DNA of 64,000 nt from NCBI GenBank assembly GCA_035291665.1, contig DATDRP010000006.1, positions 209,255 to 273,254 of the forward strand. Reading direction: 5' to 3'. The notes below the pieces were generated by a model that saw only the letters and a list, made by a program, of their open reading frames with translations, was not told where the DNA came from and did not search any database. The translations under genes were made by a program, and so were the position numbers. The stretch is from Patescibacteria group bacterium (GTDB lineage Bacteria > Patescibacteriota > Microgenomatia > UBA8517). The first letter of the stretch is position 1; each line of letters begins with the position of its first letter. Positions 19,830-29,632 of the stretch are shown here, in pieces.

Positions 19830-21608
19830 ATGCCAATAACAAAAGAACGCGAAATAGGCTACGACTTCACAAATGAGAGGTACCCAATTGTTGGTTTTGA
19901 AAAGGGTATAAAAGGTCTTATAAAAAATTACACCGGTTATAACGGTGAAATTACCATAACAGAAGCCCCTGCAAATTCGGGATCAGATTTTGGAATTCAA
20001 ACTTCTTCTATAGCAAGAGCCAAAGGTGAAAATCCCGTTAGCGTGGCACAAAGTTTATCTCAAAAAGGTTGGTCGCATCCATATATTGATGAAGTAAGAA
20101 GTCAAGGTCCATATTTGAATTTCCGCTTGGAATACGGCACATTTGGTTTGGATGTTGTAAATGGAATTCTCAGCGAGGAAGCAAATTATGGCATGGAAAG
20201 AAAGAAAGAGAAAGGACGGGTAATAGTTGACATGTCTTCACCGAATATAGCCAAAAGAATGAGTTATGGCCATTTGAGATCAACTATTATTGGTGACGCA
20301 GTATCGAATTTATATATAAGCCAAGGCTATGATGTGGTTCGTGATAACCACATTGGAGACTGGGGTACTCAATTCGGAAAGCAAATTGCAGCGATAAAGA
20401 TGTGGGGGGACGAGAAAGAATTGATGAGATCATCGGAACCCGTCGGGGATTTGCAGGAACTTTATCAAAAATTCCATCAAGAAGCTGAAAAACATCCCGA
20501 ATTAGAAGACTTGGGAAGACAGTGGTTTTTGAAATTAGAGCAGGGAGATAAAGAAGCCAGAAGACTTTGGAAAATGTGTGTAGATTTATCAATGAAGGAG
20601 TTTGACCGGGTATATAAAACTTTGGGTGTAAGATTTGATGTTGCAATGGGAGAAAGTTTCTATGAAAAGATGCTTCCGTCGGTGATGAAACAGGTAGATC
20701 GAAGTCCGATCTCAAGCAGAAGTGAAGGAGCATTAGTTGTTGATATGAAAGATAGAAATCTGGGTGTGGCAATTATACAAAAATCTGATGGAGCCAGTGT
20801 TTATATGACAAGAGATTTGGCAACTGCTATGTACAGAGAAAAGAAAATGGGAGCAGAGAAAGCAGTCTACGTTGTAGGGGAAGATCAAAAGCTCTATTTT
20901 CAACAACTGTTTCAAATTTTACAAGGATTAGGTTATGAAATAGGTGAAAAAAGCGACCATGTTTATTTTGGGATGGTCAGGATGGAAGAGGGGAAAATGT
21001 CGACCAGGAAGGGAAGAACCATTCTTCTGGATGATGTTATTAAGGAAGGTTTAGAAAGAGAAAGACAAGTTATATCAAATAGAAATCCCAAACTTTTTAA
21101 TTCAAGAAAAAGAGAAGAGGTAGTAAGACAGGTTGCAATAGGGGCACTCAAATGGAACGATTTATCACGTGACCCGAGAAGATCTATAGTCTTCGATTGG
21201 GATGAAGCATTAAATATGGAAGGTTTTTCTGCTCCATATGTTCAATATGCGGCAGTGAGGGCGAATGCAATTTTAGAACATGCTGGTGTTAATCATAGGC
21301 ACATTGCTCAAGATAATCCTGAAGGTGATGATGTATATAAAGAATCCAGTGAACAAAGTTTAATAAAGAAACTTGCTGCTTATCCAAAAGCTGTAAAACT
21401 TGCTCAGGAACAAAACAATCCATCGATTGTTGCAACCAACGTTTATGAAGTCGCAAAAGAATTTAATTCTTTCTATAGGAACAATCCTGTTTTAAGGGGA
21501 ACGGATAAGAATTTAATTCTTTCAAGATTGAAGTTGGTGGGTGCGACAAGTCAGGTGATAAAAAACGGTCTCGGGATATTGGGAATAGAAGTCCCGGATG
21601 TGATGTAA
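19830..21608 (+). CDS. argS: Arginine--tRNA ligase
   Basis: GPYLNF, SSPNIAKRMSYGHLRST (HIGH variant), NHIGDWGTQFG, KMSTRKG, APYVQYA, GILGIEVPDVM. Confidence 0.95.
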   Translation: MPITKEREIGYDFTNERYPIVGFEKGIKGLIKNYTGYNGEITITEAPANSGSDFGIQTSSIARAKGENPVSVAQSLSQKGWSHPYIDEVRSQGPYLNFRLEYGTFGLDVVNGILSEEANYGMERKKEKGRVIVDMSSPNIAKRMSYGHLRSTIIGDAVSNLYISQGYDVVRDNHIGDWGTQFGKQIAAIKMWGDEKELMRSSEPVGDLQELYQKFHQEAEKHPELEDLGRQWFLKLEQGDKEARRLWKMCVDLSMKEFDRVYKTLGVRFDVAMGESFYEKMLPSVMKQVDRSPISSRSEGALVVDMKDRNLGVAIIQKSDGASVYMTRDLATAMYREKKMGAEKAVYVVGEDQKLYFQQLFQILQGLGYEIGEKSDHVYFGMVRMEEGKMSTRKGRTILLDDVIKEGLERERQVISNRNPKLFNSRKREEVVRQVAIGALKWNDLSRDPRRSIVFDWDEALNMEGFSAPYVQYAAVRANAILEHAGVNHRHIAQDNPEGDDVYKESSEQSLIKKLAAYPKAVKLAQEQNNPSIVATNVYEVAKEFNSFYRNNPVLRGTDKNLILSRLKLVGATSQVIKNGLGILGIEVPDVM

Positions 21609-21674
21609 TTACCGGAAATTTATAAAAAATATGGATAGAAAAAAACACTGCAACAATCTTTCTGTTATTTTAAT

Positions 21675-23522
21675 ATGACGGCGGAAGCAAATTTACCTCG
21701 CGACGTTGATCCGTATTCTCCTGAAAACGGCAATATCCCGGAGCTGGTACGTAGAGCTTTGCACATTGCCACCCTTGCGCATGAAGGACAAGTCAGAAAA
21801 TCAGGCGAGCCGTACGTTTCACACCCTATCGCGGTTGAAAAAATATTACACGAGGAATGGGGTTTGGAAAATGAAAATGTAAGGGCTGCCGCACTACTTC
21901 ACGATACTCTGGAGGACACCGATTTGACACCGATTGATCTGACTAATACGTTTGGATCGCAAGTTTCCGGATTGGTTTTTGCCCAAACAAACCTTAATGC
22001 CAGTACTGCAGGCGTGACATCCGAGGAGTGGAAAAAAATTAAGGACAAGGAAAATGCAAGAAAAATTCTTGCCAGAAGTTTTTTGGATCCAACAGTAGGA
22101 GTGGGGAAGCTCGCCGACAGGCTCCATAATATGCGAACGCTGGAACCGATGACACCTCAAAAACAGCAGGAAACTGCTGATGAAACCCGCAGAGTCTATG
22201 CCCCATTGGCGGAAGCTCTCGGAATGTGGCTCGTAAAAACCGAATTGGAAGATCTTTCTTTCCAGTATCTTGATCCGCTGTATTTCGAAAAAGTTAAAAA
22301 AGAGATAGATTCGGATGCAAGACTGAGTGAAAACTCAGTCGGATTTTGGCAATCCAGATTAAGTCTCCTTTTGAACGAAAATGGTATTGATGGCGACGTA
22401 CGGGTAAAGAAAAACGGCTACTGGTCAATTGTGAACAAAAGAAGATCTCAATCGGTTGTCAGAAAGAGCTCGCTTTCGAATTTTTCAGATGTTAATGATG
22501 TTGTCAGTTATCGTTTGGTTTTGGAAAACGAAAGCGATTGTTATCAAGCTTTCGGTCTTGTTCATAAGGAATTTGGCGAGCTGGTCGATTTTGAGAGAGA
22601 TGATGTTTTCATGTATGACAATAAAAGAGATAACGGCTATCAGGCTTTGCAGACAACTTTATCGACAAAAGACGGAGATATTGAAATTGCAATCATGACG
22701 AAGGAGATGGAAGAATTCAATAACTGGGGAGTAGTCAGTCTCAGTAAATATGGTGTAGAAGATTTAAGTCAGTACAGATTGAAATTGGTTTTTACTCCAA
22801 CCGGAGATGTGAAGTTTTTGAAACCTCAGGCAACTGGTATTGATTTTGCATATTTGATTAGCGAAAGTTTGGGTGCACAAGCGTCGGGGTTAACAATAGA
22901 CGGAAAAAGACAACCGATTGCAACCGTTATTCCCAATGCAACCGTGGTTGAAGTTGATCCTGCGAAAGAAACCAGAATTGCGCCAAGTGAGGAAAGCCTG
23001 AACTATGCTCTTCCTGAAACGCGGAGGGTTATTAATAGACAATTAATAATTTCGGAAAACCAGGAAATCGTAACCAGTGTTGGAGATCGTCTTAACAAAG
23101 CTCTTTTATATAAAAGGGGGTTGTTGGAATTTGAGGATTTGGACAGAGGAGTTAAAAGAATAATCCTGAATCGATTCGGAGTACCAGACTTCAATAGTCT
23201 GTGTTTGAAATATGCCGATGATCAAGGCTTGTCGCGCTTGATTTCAAAAATAGATGAAATTCTAGATGGCTTGGGAATCGATAAAGAACTTCGAAGCATA
23301 AGTACGGTATATGTCGAAGGTGTTGATACCCCCGGAGTCTTGGCGGAAATTTCAAACTGGATAAATAAAAAGAAAGGGAATATTAAAAAAGTATCGCACG
23401 AGGTCGATGGAGACAGATATGAACTAAGGCTTGTTGTTGAAGGAATCGGCTCTGTTGGCGAAGTTTTTATGAGAGATAAGCTTGAAAAAGACCCGAGGTT
23501 TGATAAGTGGATCGTTATTTAA
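21675..23522 (+). CDS. Long RelA/SpoT homolog (HD hydrolase, degenerate synthetase, TGS, ACT)
   Basis: AHEGQVRKSGEPYVSHP, LLHDTLED, KLADRLHNMRTL, FTPTG..TGIDFAY (TGS), GVDTPGVLAEI (ACT). Confidence 0.88.
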   Translation: MTAEANLPRDVDPYSPENGNIPELVRRALHIATLAHEGQVRKSGEPYVSHPIAVEKILHEEWGLENENVRAAALLHDTLEDTDLTPIDLTNTFGSQVSGLVFAQTNLNASTAGVTSEEWKKIKDKENARKILARSFLDPTVGVGKLADRLHNMRTLEPMTPQKQQETADETRRVYAPLAEALGMWLVKTELEDLSFQYLDPLYFEKVKKEIDSDARLSENSVGFWQSRLSLLLNENGIDGDVRVKKNGYWSIVNKRRSQSVVRKSSLSNFSDVNDVVSYRLVLENESDCYQAFGLVHKEFGELVDFERDDVFMYDNKRDNGYQALQTTLSTKDGDIEIAIMTKEMEEFNNWGVVSLSKYGVEDLSQYRLKLVFTPTGDVKFLKPQATGIDFAYLISESLGAQASGLTIDGKRQPIATVIPNATVVEVDPAKETRIAPSEESLNYALPETRRVINRQLIISENQEIVTSVGDRLNKALLYKRGLLEFEDLDRGVKRIILNRFGVPDFNSLCLKYADDQGLSRLISKIDEILDGLGIDKELRSISTVYVEGVDTPGVLAEISNWINKKKGNIKKVSHEVDGDRYELRLVVEGIGSVGEVFMRDKLEKDPRFDKWIVI

Positions 23523-23893
23523 ACCGTTTCGATTATTTCGGAATCAAATTCTATACTTTTTACCTTTATGCTTGTTGGATTATATTTGTCAAAAGCTGAC
23601 TCTAAGGCGTTTTTAAATTCCCCTTCCTCTTTCTCGACGCAAGCCACCAAATCTATATGGACAGTATTATATTCCGGCCAGGTGTGTATAACCAAATGAG
23701 ACTGAGATAGTACGAAAATTGTTGTTGACCCGCCGGGTTGGAAATTGTGAATAAATTTTTCGACCAGATTCAGATTTAAATTACTTATGATAGTTTGTGC
23801 AACGGCCTCGATTGCGGACTCAGAATCCTCGAACGATTTTAATTTTATCAACCCGACAAATTGTTTAATCAGCGGTGTAGATTTTTCCTGCAT
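23519..23893 (-). CDS. speD: S-adenosylmethionine decarboxylase proenzyme family
   Basis: HNFQPGG, LSQSHLVIHTWPE. Confidence 0.82.
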   Translation of the reverse strand: MQEKSTPLIKQFVGLIKLKSFEDSESAIEAVAQTIISNLNLNLVEKFIHNFQPGGSTTIFVLSQSHLVIHTWPEYNTVHIDLVACVEKEEGEFKNALESAFDKYNPTSIKVKSIEFDSEIIETV

Positions 23894-24848
23894 AATTTTG
23901 TTTAATCAGCGGTTTAGTAAGCTGTGTAACGTCGCAAACATATAAACTGCTGGTGTTTCCGATGGACTCAGCTTTATTATATCGATTAAATTTATCAAAT
24001 ACCCATCGAACCATTAAACCCATGGATGTTATTGCGCCATGAACCGATACAAATCTTTCTTTTGCCCTGTCGCTGTTTCCATAGCAGAAGTAAATTCTTG
24101 CAGCTTGATTTTGCGGGTCAAGACATTCAATTGCTCTTGAAATAAAGAGTTTCATTCCTTCAGTTGTATAAGGCGGATCCGTAAACACGACATCATACTT
24201 GCCTTGGTATTTTTCGGGTAAGGATTTCTTGACATCATACCGAGCAGTTTCGATTTTGAATTTTTCTTTTTTTGAAATTACATTAATATTTTCTAAAATC
24301 CTGTCATCGATATCCAAAACAGTAATGGCGGATGCTTTTTTTGTATTGGCAATTGCAACGGAAGTAAAATCATCATCTCCCAATAAAAGTATTCTCTTTC
24401 CGGCCACGTCTTCAAACCAGTTAAGTATTTGAGACCGCCTTGCCGTAGTTTCCGCGGTTGCCAAAAACTGATCATAACCCCTCACGGGTTCCGGTCGTTT
24501 ATCGATATATTTATTGAGAAGCTTCAAAGTGGAGTTAAACTCCTTGGTTTTCAAAAATGACCAGAGTGCACCTTCCGGTTGGTATTCGGAATCAAAAAGA
24601 GATAAAACTTCTTCAACAGCATCAACTTTTAATTGGGTATTTTTGGAAGGGATCATTAGCATGTCTGATAACATTTCCTTAGCCTGGTTTAAGGCATTTT
24701 TTGAAACACCTGATTTCTGAAGTAATTCATTATTTTCAACTGGATTGCCGTCGCGCAAAAAATATAAAAAATCTTTAGTCTTCTTTGTTGGTATTCCTGT
24801 TTTTCGCGAAACTTCCAGGATTTTTTCCTTTATGGTATTTTCCATCAT
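23865..24848 (-). CDS. Bis-aminopropyl spermidine synthase (BpsA) family protein with N-terminal extension
   Basis: YDQ..AT.ET, LLGDDDFTS, LDIDDR, FTDPPYT..G..LF.SR, FNRY. Confidence 0.8.
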   Translation of the reverse strand: MMENTIKEKILEVSRKTGIPTKKTKDFLYFLRDGNPVENNELLQKSGVSKNALNQAKEMLSDMLMIPSKNTQLKVDAVEEVLSLFDSEYQPEGALWSFLKTKEFNSTLKLLNKYIDKRPEPVRGYDQFLATAETTARRSQILNWFEDVAGKRILLLGDDDFTSVAIANTKKASAITVLDIDDRILENINVISKKEKFKIETARYDVKKSLPEKYQGKYDVVFTDPPYTTEGMKLFISRAIECLDPQNQAARIYFCYGNSDRAKERFVSVHGAITSMGLMVRWVFDKFNRYNKAESIGNTSSLYVCDVTQLTKPLIKQNYAGKIYTAD

Positions 24849-24858
24849 ATTGAACCAG

Positions 24859-24888
24859 ATTCTATTTGTTTGAATATGCTTTTGTCAA
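24859..24888 (-). promoter_or_regulatory. Sigma70-type promoter for bpsA-speD
   Basis: TTGACA-18 nt-TAGAAT on the minus strand. Confidence 0.5.
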
Positions 24889-24991
24889 GGAAAAGCAACT
24901 AAGATTTTCTTTGTAAGCAGTTATTTTGATGCATAGAAATTTTTGCCTCAATTACATATTTAACCAGGAAGTTTAGTGTTAGAATTAAACG

Positions 24992-26764
24992 ATGTCACTC
25001 AATAGGAAAATACTTCTAATTATTGGTTTCACAATGTTATTATTCATTGCAATTCTTTTTGTCACGTCGAGGCTCTTCTTGCTGGAAAGTTTTTCAGAAA
25101 TAGAAAATCAAAAAATGGTGACGAATGTCGGTAGAGCTGAATCTTCGTTTGATGAACGCGTCAATGATATTGAAGTTGCAATAAGCGATTGGTCAATGTG
25201 GGATGATACGTACCAATTTGTTGACGATGCCAACGTTGATTATATCGAATCGAATATCTCAACAAATTCCCTCACAAATTTAAATATTAATTTCATGGTC
25301 TTTGCCAATATTGATGGGGAGATTGTTTTTCATGAAACTGCCGATATTGATACGGAAAAATATCCCGATTTAACCGATGAACTTATAAGTTATATCAGGT
25401 CAACGGATCTTTTACTTAATCACCAAAATACCGACGACAGTATTGCCGGATTAGTAATTCTTCCGGGGGGAACGCCACTTTTGATAGCGTCTCAACCTAT
25501 CGTAAAGAGCGACGGCTCAGGTCCCATTAACGGAACTTTAATTTTTGCAAAACAGATGGATGAGGAGGTTGTTAAAAAAATTCAAGACAGGGTGCGTTTA
25601 TCAATTAATTATTACGATGTTAATAAACTTGATGACGAAGATCTTCAAAATGCTTTTAATAATTTAAAAAATAGTGAAATTTTTACGGAACCACACGAGG
25701 AACATATTCGGGGTTATAAGATTATTAAAGACCTGAATGGTAATCCGGCCTTATTGATGCGCGTTGAAATAGCAAGAGATATTTACAGGCAGGGTCTAAC
25801 GACTATTAATTACTTTTTATTTTTTGTTATCGCAATCGGCGTGGCAGTTACTGTAATTTCTGTACTTTTTCTGACTGTTACTATCATTAAACCCATTAGA
25901 ACATTGATTAGTGCGACAAACCGGATATCGGAAGGAAATTTCGACCAGAGAATTGAAACAAAATCAAAAGACGAGATTGGGAAACTCGCAACGACCTTTA
26001 ATTCGATGACTGAAAAACTGCAGAAAACTTTCAAAGAATTGGAAGAGACCAAAGAAAGTGAAATCGGGAAAGCAAAAGAATTGGTCAAATTAAAAGATGA
26101 ATTTGTATTTATCGCAGCGCATGAAATCAGATCACCTGTTGTTGCCATCACCGGTTTTACAGATATGATCGCTGACAGTTTAAAAAATATGCCTAAAGAT
26201 GTTCTTGAATCTTTCGGTCTGTTGAAAAAAGCAACGGAAAGGCTTGGACAGCTGGTGAACGACCTTCTTCAGACTGCAAGATCTGAGTCAGGTACGATTA
26301 AAATTCAAGATAAGGATGTTAATTTTTCGGAATTTTTGACCGGTTTGGTTAAAAATTATAACGGGAGGATAAAAGAAAGTCACCTGAAGATTACATTGAA
26401 AATCGATCCTCAGATAAAAATTATTAAGACAGATGAGACAAAGTTGTCGGAAATTATCGGGAATCTTTTGACGAATGCAATCAAATACAATAAAAAGCGG
26501 GGTTCTATAAATATAACGGCTGAAACTACCGGTAAGTTTTTGAAAATTAGGGTGAAAGATACGGGTGTCGGGATTAATCCCGATCTCCATAAAATGGTTT
26601 TTGGTAAATTTTTCCGCGCACACCAAGAGGGGACTGAGGAAGTTGAAGGAACCGGTCTGGGACTCTTCGTGACAAAGATGCTGGTGGAAAAAATGGGGGG
26701 AGAAATTGGATTTACATCAGAAGAGCGGGTAGGTTCTGAATTCTGGTTCACAATTCCGATATGA
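24992..26764 (+). CDS. Sensor histidine kinase (CHASE4, HAMP, HisKA, HATPase)
   Basis: DWSMWDDTY (CHASE4), DEIGKLA (HAMP), AHEIRSP, NLLTNAIKY, DTGVG, GTGLGL. Confidence 0.9.
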   Translation: MSLNRKILLIIGFTMLLFIAILFVTSRLFLLESFSEIENQKMVTNVGRAESSFDERVNDIEVAISDWSMWDDTYQFVDDANVDYIESNISTNSLTNLNINFMVFANIDGEIVFHETADIDTEKYPDLTDELISYIRSTDLLLNHQNTDDSIAGLVILPGGTPLLIASQPIVKSDGSGPINGTLIFAKQMDEEVVKKIQDRVRLSINYYDVNKLDDEDLQNAFNNLKNSEIFTEPHEEHIRGYKIIKDLNGNPALLMRVEIARDIYRQGLTTINYFLFFVIAIGVAVTVISVLFLTVTIIKPIRTLISATNRISEGNFDQRIETKSKDEIGKLATTFNSMTEKLQKTFKELEETKESEIGKAKELVKLKDEFVFIAAHEIRSPVVAITGFTDMIADSLKNMPKDVLESFGLLKKATERLGQLVNDLLQTARSESGTIKIQDKDVNFSEFLTGLVKNYNGRIKESHLKITLKIDPQIKIIKTDETKLSEIIGNLLTNAIKYNKKRGSINITAETTGKFLKIRVKDTGVGINPDLHKMVFGKFFRAHQEGTEEVEGTGLGLFVTKMLVEKMGGEIGFTSEERVGSEFWFTIPI

Positions 26765-26797
26765 CATTGGTATTACCCCAAAAGTCCCCGGGTTTTG

Positions 26798-27232
26798 TCA
26801 TTTTGTTTCTGACAAATCGGAAAGAATTTGATCGGCGTGAACTTTTGGATCCACTTTATCATAAATTTTTTCAATAACTCCTTTTGAGTTAATCAAAAAG
26901 GATACTCTTTTTGCAAAAACCACTCCCGTTGCTCCATATAAGTTAATTACTTTTCGATCGCTGTCGGATAAGAGTGTAAAGGGAAGTGAATATTTTTCAG
27001 AAAACTTTTTGTGAGATTTAACGCTGTCCGCGCTGACTCCCAGTATTTTCACCACCCCTTTTAGCTTCTCAAAATTGTCTCTAAGGGAACACGCCTCTTT
27101 GATGCATCCGGGCGTGAAATCTTTGGGATAAAAATACAAAAGCACCCAATCTCCCCTGTAATCGGAAAGTTTATGGTTTCTTCCCATTTCATCCGGAAGT
27201 GTAAAATCGGGGGCTGCGTCCGCCTTTTTCAT
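26798..27232 (-). CDS. bcp: Peroxiredoxin (BCP family)
   Basis: APDFTL, YFYPKDFTPGCIKEAC. Confidence 0.9.
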   Translation of the reverse strand: MKKADAAPDFTLPDEMGRNHKLSDYRGDWVLLYFYPKDFTPGCIKEACSLRDNFEKLKGVVKILGVSADSVKSHKKFSEKYSLPFTLLSDSDRKVINLYGATGVVFAKRVSFLINSKGVIEKIYDKVDPKVHADQILSDLSETK

Positions 27233-27269
27233 ATTATAAATTTTACTCCACTCTTCATTAATTTAGTAA

Positions 27270-27896
27270 TTATTTTTTTCTGAGTAGAAGGGACTGAAAA
27301 TGTAGATTTGGCATATCGCTTCCGATATCGATAACCTTGAATTCTAAAATCTCAAATAAATTTTTAACGTTATCCAGTAAGGTTTAATCCGATAAAAAAG
27401 AAAAAAAGCGGGGAAGGTTCATTTTTTTCTTATCAGTAAGTGTCTTTTCTTCATTCATGCCTCCGTAAACACCATAATAAAATACTCCATCATTATTGAG
27501 CACACGATGAATATTTTGAAGTACATCATCAAGATCTTTTTTGGGGACGTGAAGCAATACATTCAAAGAGAATATACCGTCAAAAGTAGTTCCTAACGAG
27601 GGTAAATCGTATAAATCAAACACTCTTGCATCAAGTCCTCTTTTTTTACACATCTCCACCATCTTGTCAGATAAGTCTGTTGCCAAAACCTTGAAACCGC
27701 TTTCCTGAAAATATTTTGCATCTAGTCCGGCGCCGGAACCCAATTCCAAAATAGTTGTCTTATTTTCCTTTTTTAAAAGCTCAACAAATTTTTGTCTTAT
27801 ATCCAACTTCCATTGATCTCTTTTCCCCTCTAAGGAGTCTCTTCTTTTTGCATCTGCATCATATGCAGTTTTTAATTGCTTCTTAAGTTCATTCAT
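27270..27896 (-). pseudogene. Class I SAM-dependent methyltransferase with in-frame TAA at 27384-27386
   Basis: LELGSGAG motif I; frame stays open 37 more codons (TLLDNVKNLFEILEF...HFQSLLLRKK) after the stop. Confidence 0.65.
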
Positions 27897-27993
27897 TTTT
27901 CTTAATCCTAGTATACCGCTCTTATTCTTTATTGCTCTACAGGAATCTTAAGAAGCATTCAAGAATTTCCCCCAAGTCTGACCAAGTTGGATG

Positions 27994-28134
27994 TCATAAC
28001 AATCCTAATCCGATAATACCAATAATAATAAGATAACCGGCTATCAGATAATTAAGAAACTTCGGAAACAAAAGAATCAATATGCCAAACAACAATGATG
28101 CCAAAGGACTTAAGTTAGTTGTAGAAATATTTAT
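27994..28134 (-). CDS. DUF3096-like small membrane protein, probable ATA start (absent from ORF track)
   Basis: (I/M)NISTTNLSPLASLLFGILILLFPKFLNYLIAGYLIIIGIIGLGLL; GGGGGGTGA SD 6 nt upstream of ATA. Confidence 0.65.
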   Translation of the reverse strand: MNISTTNLSPLASLLFGILILLFPKFLNYLIAGYLIIIGIIGLGLL

Positions 28135-28195
28135 ATATCATCACCCCCCTAAAAATTATCAAAGGTAAAACCCCCGCACCCACAGCATTTTCGAT

Positions 28196-28444
28196 TTATC
28201 GCTTTAGTAAACGTGCGACAAATATCACAACAGCCGAACCAATGACGGCAACCACCAAGCTATAGATATTAAACCCACTCACACCGGGTTTACCAACCAA
28301 CCCCATGAGAAAACCGCCGACAACCGCACCGACAATACCCAAAATAATATCCGTAATGGTGCCTTGGCTGGAATTGGTTTTCATTACCATAGAAGCTATC
28401 CAACCCGCAATTGCTCCAAAAATAATCCAAAGTATAATTCCCAT
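28196..28444 (-). CDS. GlsB/YeaQ/YmgE family stress-response membrane protein
   Basis: MGIILWIIFGAIAGWIAS...IILGIVGAVVGG. Confidence 0.88.
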   Translation of the reverse strand: MGIILWIIFGAIAGWIASMVMKTNSSQGTITDIILGIVGAVVGGFLMGLVGKPGVSGFNIYSLVVAVIGSAVVIFVARLLKR

Positions 28445-28492
28445 AATATATTCACCCCCAATCTTTCTAGTTAAACAAATCCAATAAACAGA

Positions 28493-28894
28493 CTAATCTG
28501 TGCTAGTCTGTCGTTCGCCGGAAAGTATCCGTACCAACTTAACAATTCCCAAAGCCACAACAGCATATACAATAATTGCGACCAGTGTTGATGGTTCAAG
28601 AACTGAAGTTGTTTCTAGTCCTGGGTTCAACCCACGTCTGAATATCCCTTCAAAAGGTATAATAAAGATTCCGGTTACACCATAAATCAAACCTACGAAT
28701 CCGCTAGCAATACTTGCTCCCATCAATTTCAGTACCAGACGGAATGCTAAAAGTATTTCCAACGCTCCAAAAAAGAAATAAATTAAATATTCAATTGTTT
28801 GAGAACTGGTTGCTACCATTTTGGTTTCGGTAGTAACAGCTTCTTTCGGACCTTCGTTTTGAGTAGTTATTGATTCTTTTACAATTTCTGCCAT
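28493..28894 (-). CDS. YggT-like membrane protein
   Basis: LEILLAFRLVLKL.GA...PFEGIF...STLVAIIVY. Confidence 0.75.
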   Translation of the reverse strand: MAEIVKESITTQNEGPKEAVTTETKMVATSSQTIEYLIYFFFGALEILLAFRLVLKLMGASIASGFVGLIYGVTGIFIIPFEGIFRRGLNPGLETTSVLEPSTLVAIIVYAVVALGIVKLVRILSGERQTSTD

Positions 28895-28912
28895 ATAATT
28901 TCACCCCCTTTG

Positions 28913-28938
28913 CCCTCCATAGCTTTAGCGACGGAGGG
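28913..28938. repeat. Short REP-like palindromic element
   Basis: CCCTCCATAGCTTTAGCGACGGAGGG hairpin; related copy inside copB at 47991-48016. Confidence 0.6.
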
Positions 28939-28959
28939 TTCACTTAATAAATCCATTTT

Positions 28960-29550
28960 TTAAGTCACTATTTTTGTCGTGCTTAATTCTTCGAGCTTCG
29001 AGATGAGTTCTTCTTTGGTGTAGCCGGATGTCTCTATTTGTTTATTCACAAACAACCTTAACCCTTCAACGATCCTTCGGGCAAACACCGCTTCCTTCGG
29101 CCATAAATTTCTTATTCTGACTTCATTGTCTTCAAAAGTTTTTGAAATAATAACCAATTGTGCGAAGAATATATCCCTGTTAATAAAAATATTGGCGATA
29201 TCTTTTATATCAACACTATGAATTTCTGAAGAGAGAAGGTGCCGGTTAATTATCGTAATTCGACCCTCCTCAACATTTATGGTGTCGGGAAATAAATCAA
29301 AAGGAAACGCGTGAGAGGAGATGGAGACTAAGATTCTGTTTGACTTTTTAACCAAGTTGGCGATTGCCCTGTTGTTCAACCTTTTCTGTTTATCGGCAGC
29401 CAATGATTCTTTTTCTATCTCTCGCGCTTTGGAAGAAAGGCGATCTTCTCCCTTTTCGAGTAAATCGTCCACTTCGTGCTGAGTATATAGTTTTTCCGGT
29501 CTGTTATTGTTGCTTCTTTTCTGATCATACATTATTAAGTCCATATTCAT
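28960..29550 (-). CDS. Hypothetical protein (possible PH-like domain)
   Basis: 196-aa ORF. Confidence 0.7.
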   Translation of the reverse strand: MNMDLIMYDQKRSNNNRPEKLYTQHEVDDLLEKGEDRLSSKAREIEKESLAADKQKRLNNRAIANLVKKSNRILVSISSHAFPFDLFPDTINVEEGRITIINRHLLSSEIHSVDIKDIANIFINRDIFFAQLVIISKTFEDNEVRIRNLWPKEAVFARRIVEGLRLFVNKQIETSGYTKEELISKLEELSTTKIVT

Positions 29551-29632
29551 TCCTTCTTTCCATCACAACCTTTACAATAAAAACGCCCTTCAAATTATTT
29601 TAGAGGTACACCTGAACCTCAAATTTTCGTAT

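Noticed and set aside
27948-27964. A fifth OmpR-type box (TTAAGA-N5-TCAAGA)
   Set aside because: Differs from the copper-island consensus and has no clear -10 at the matching distance
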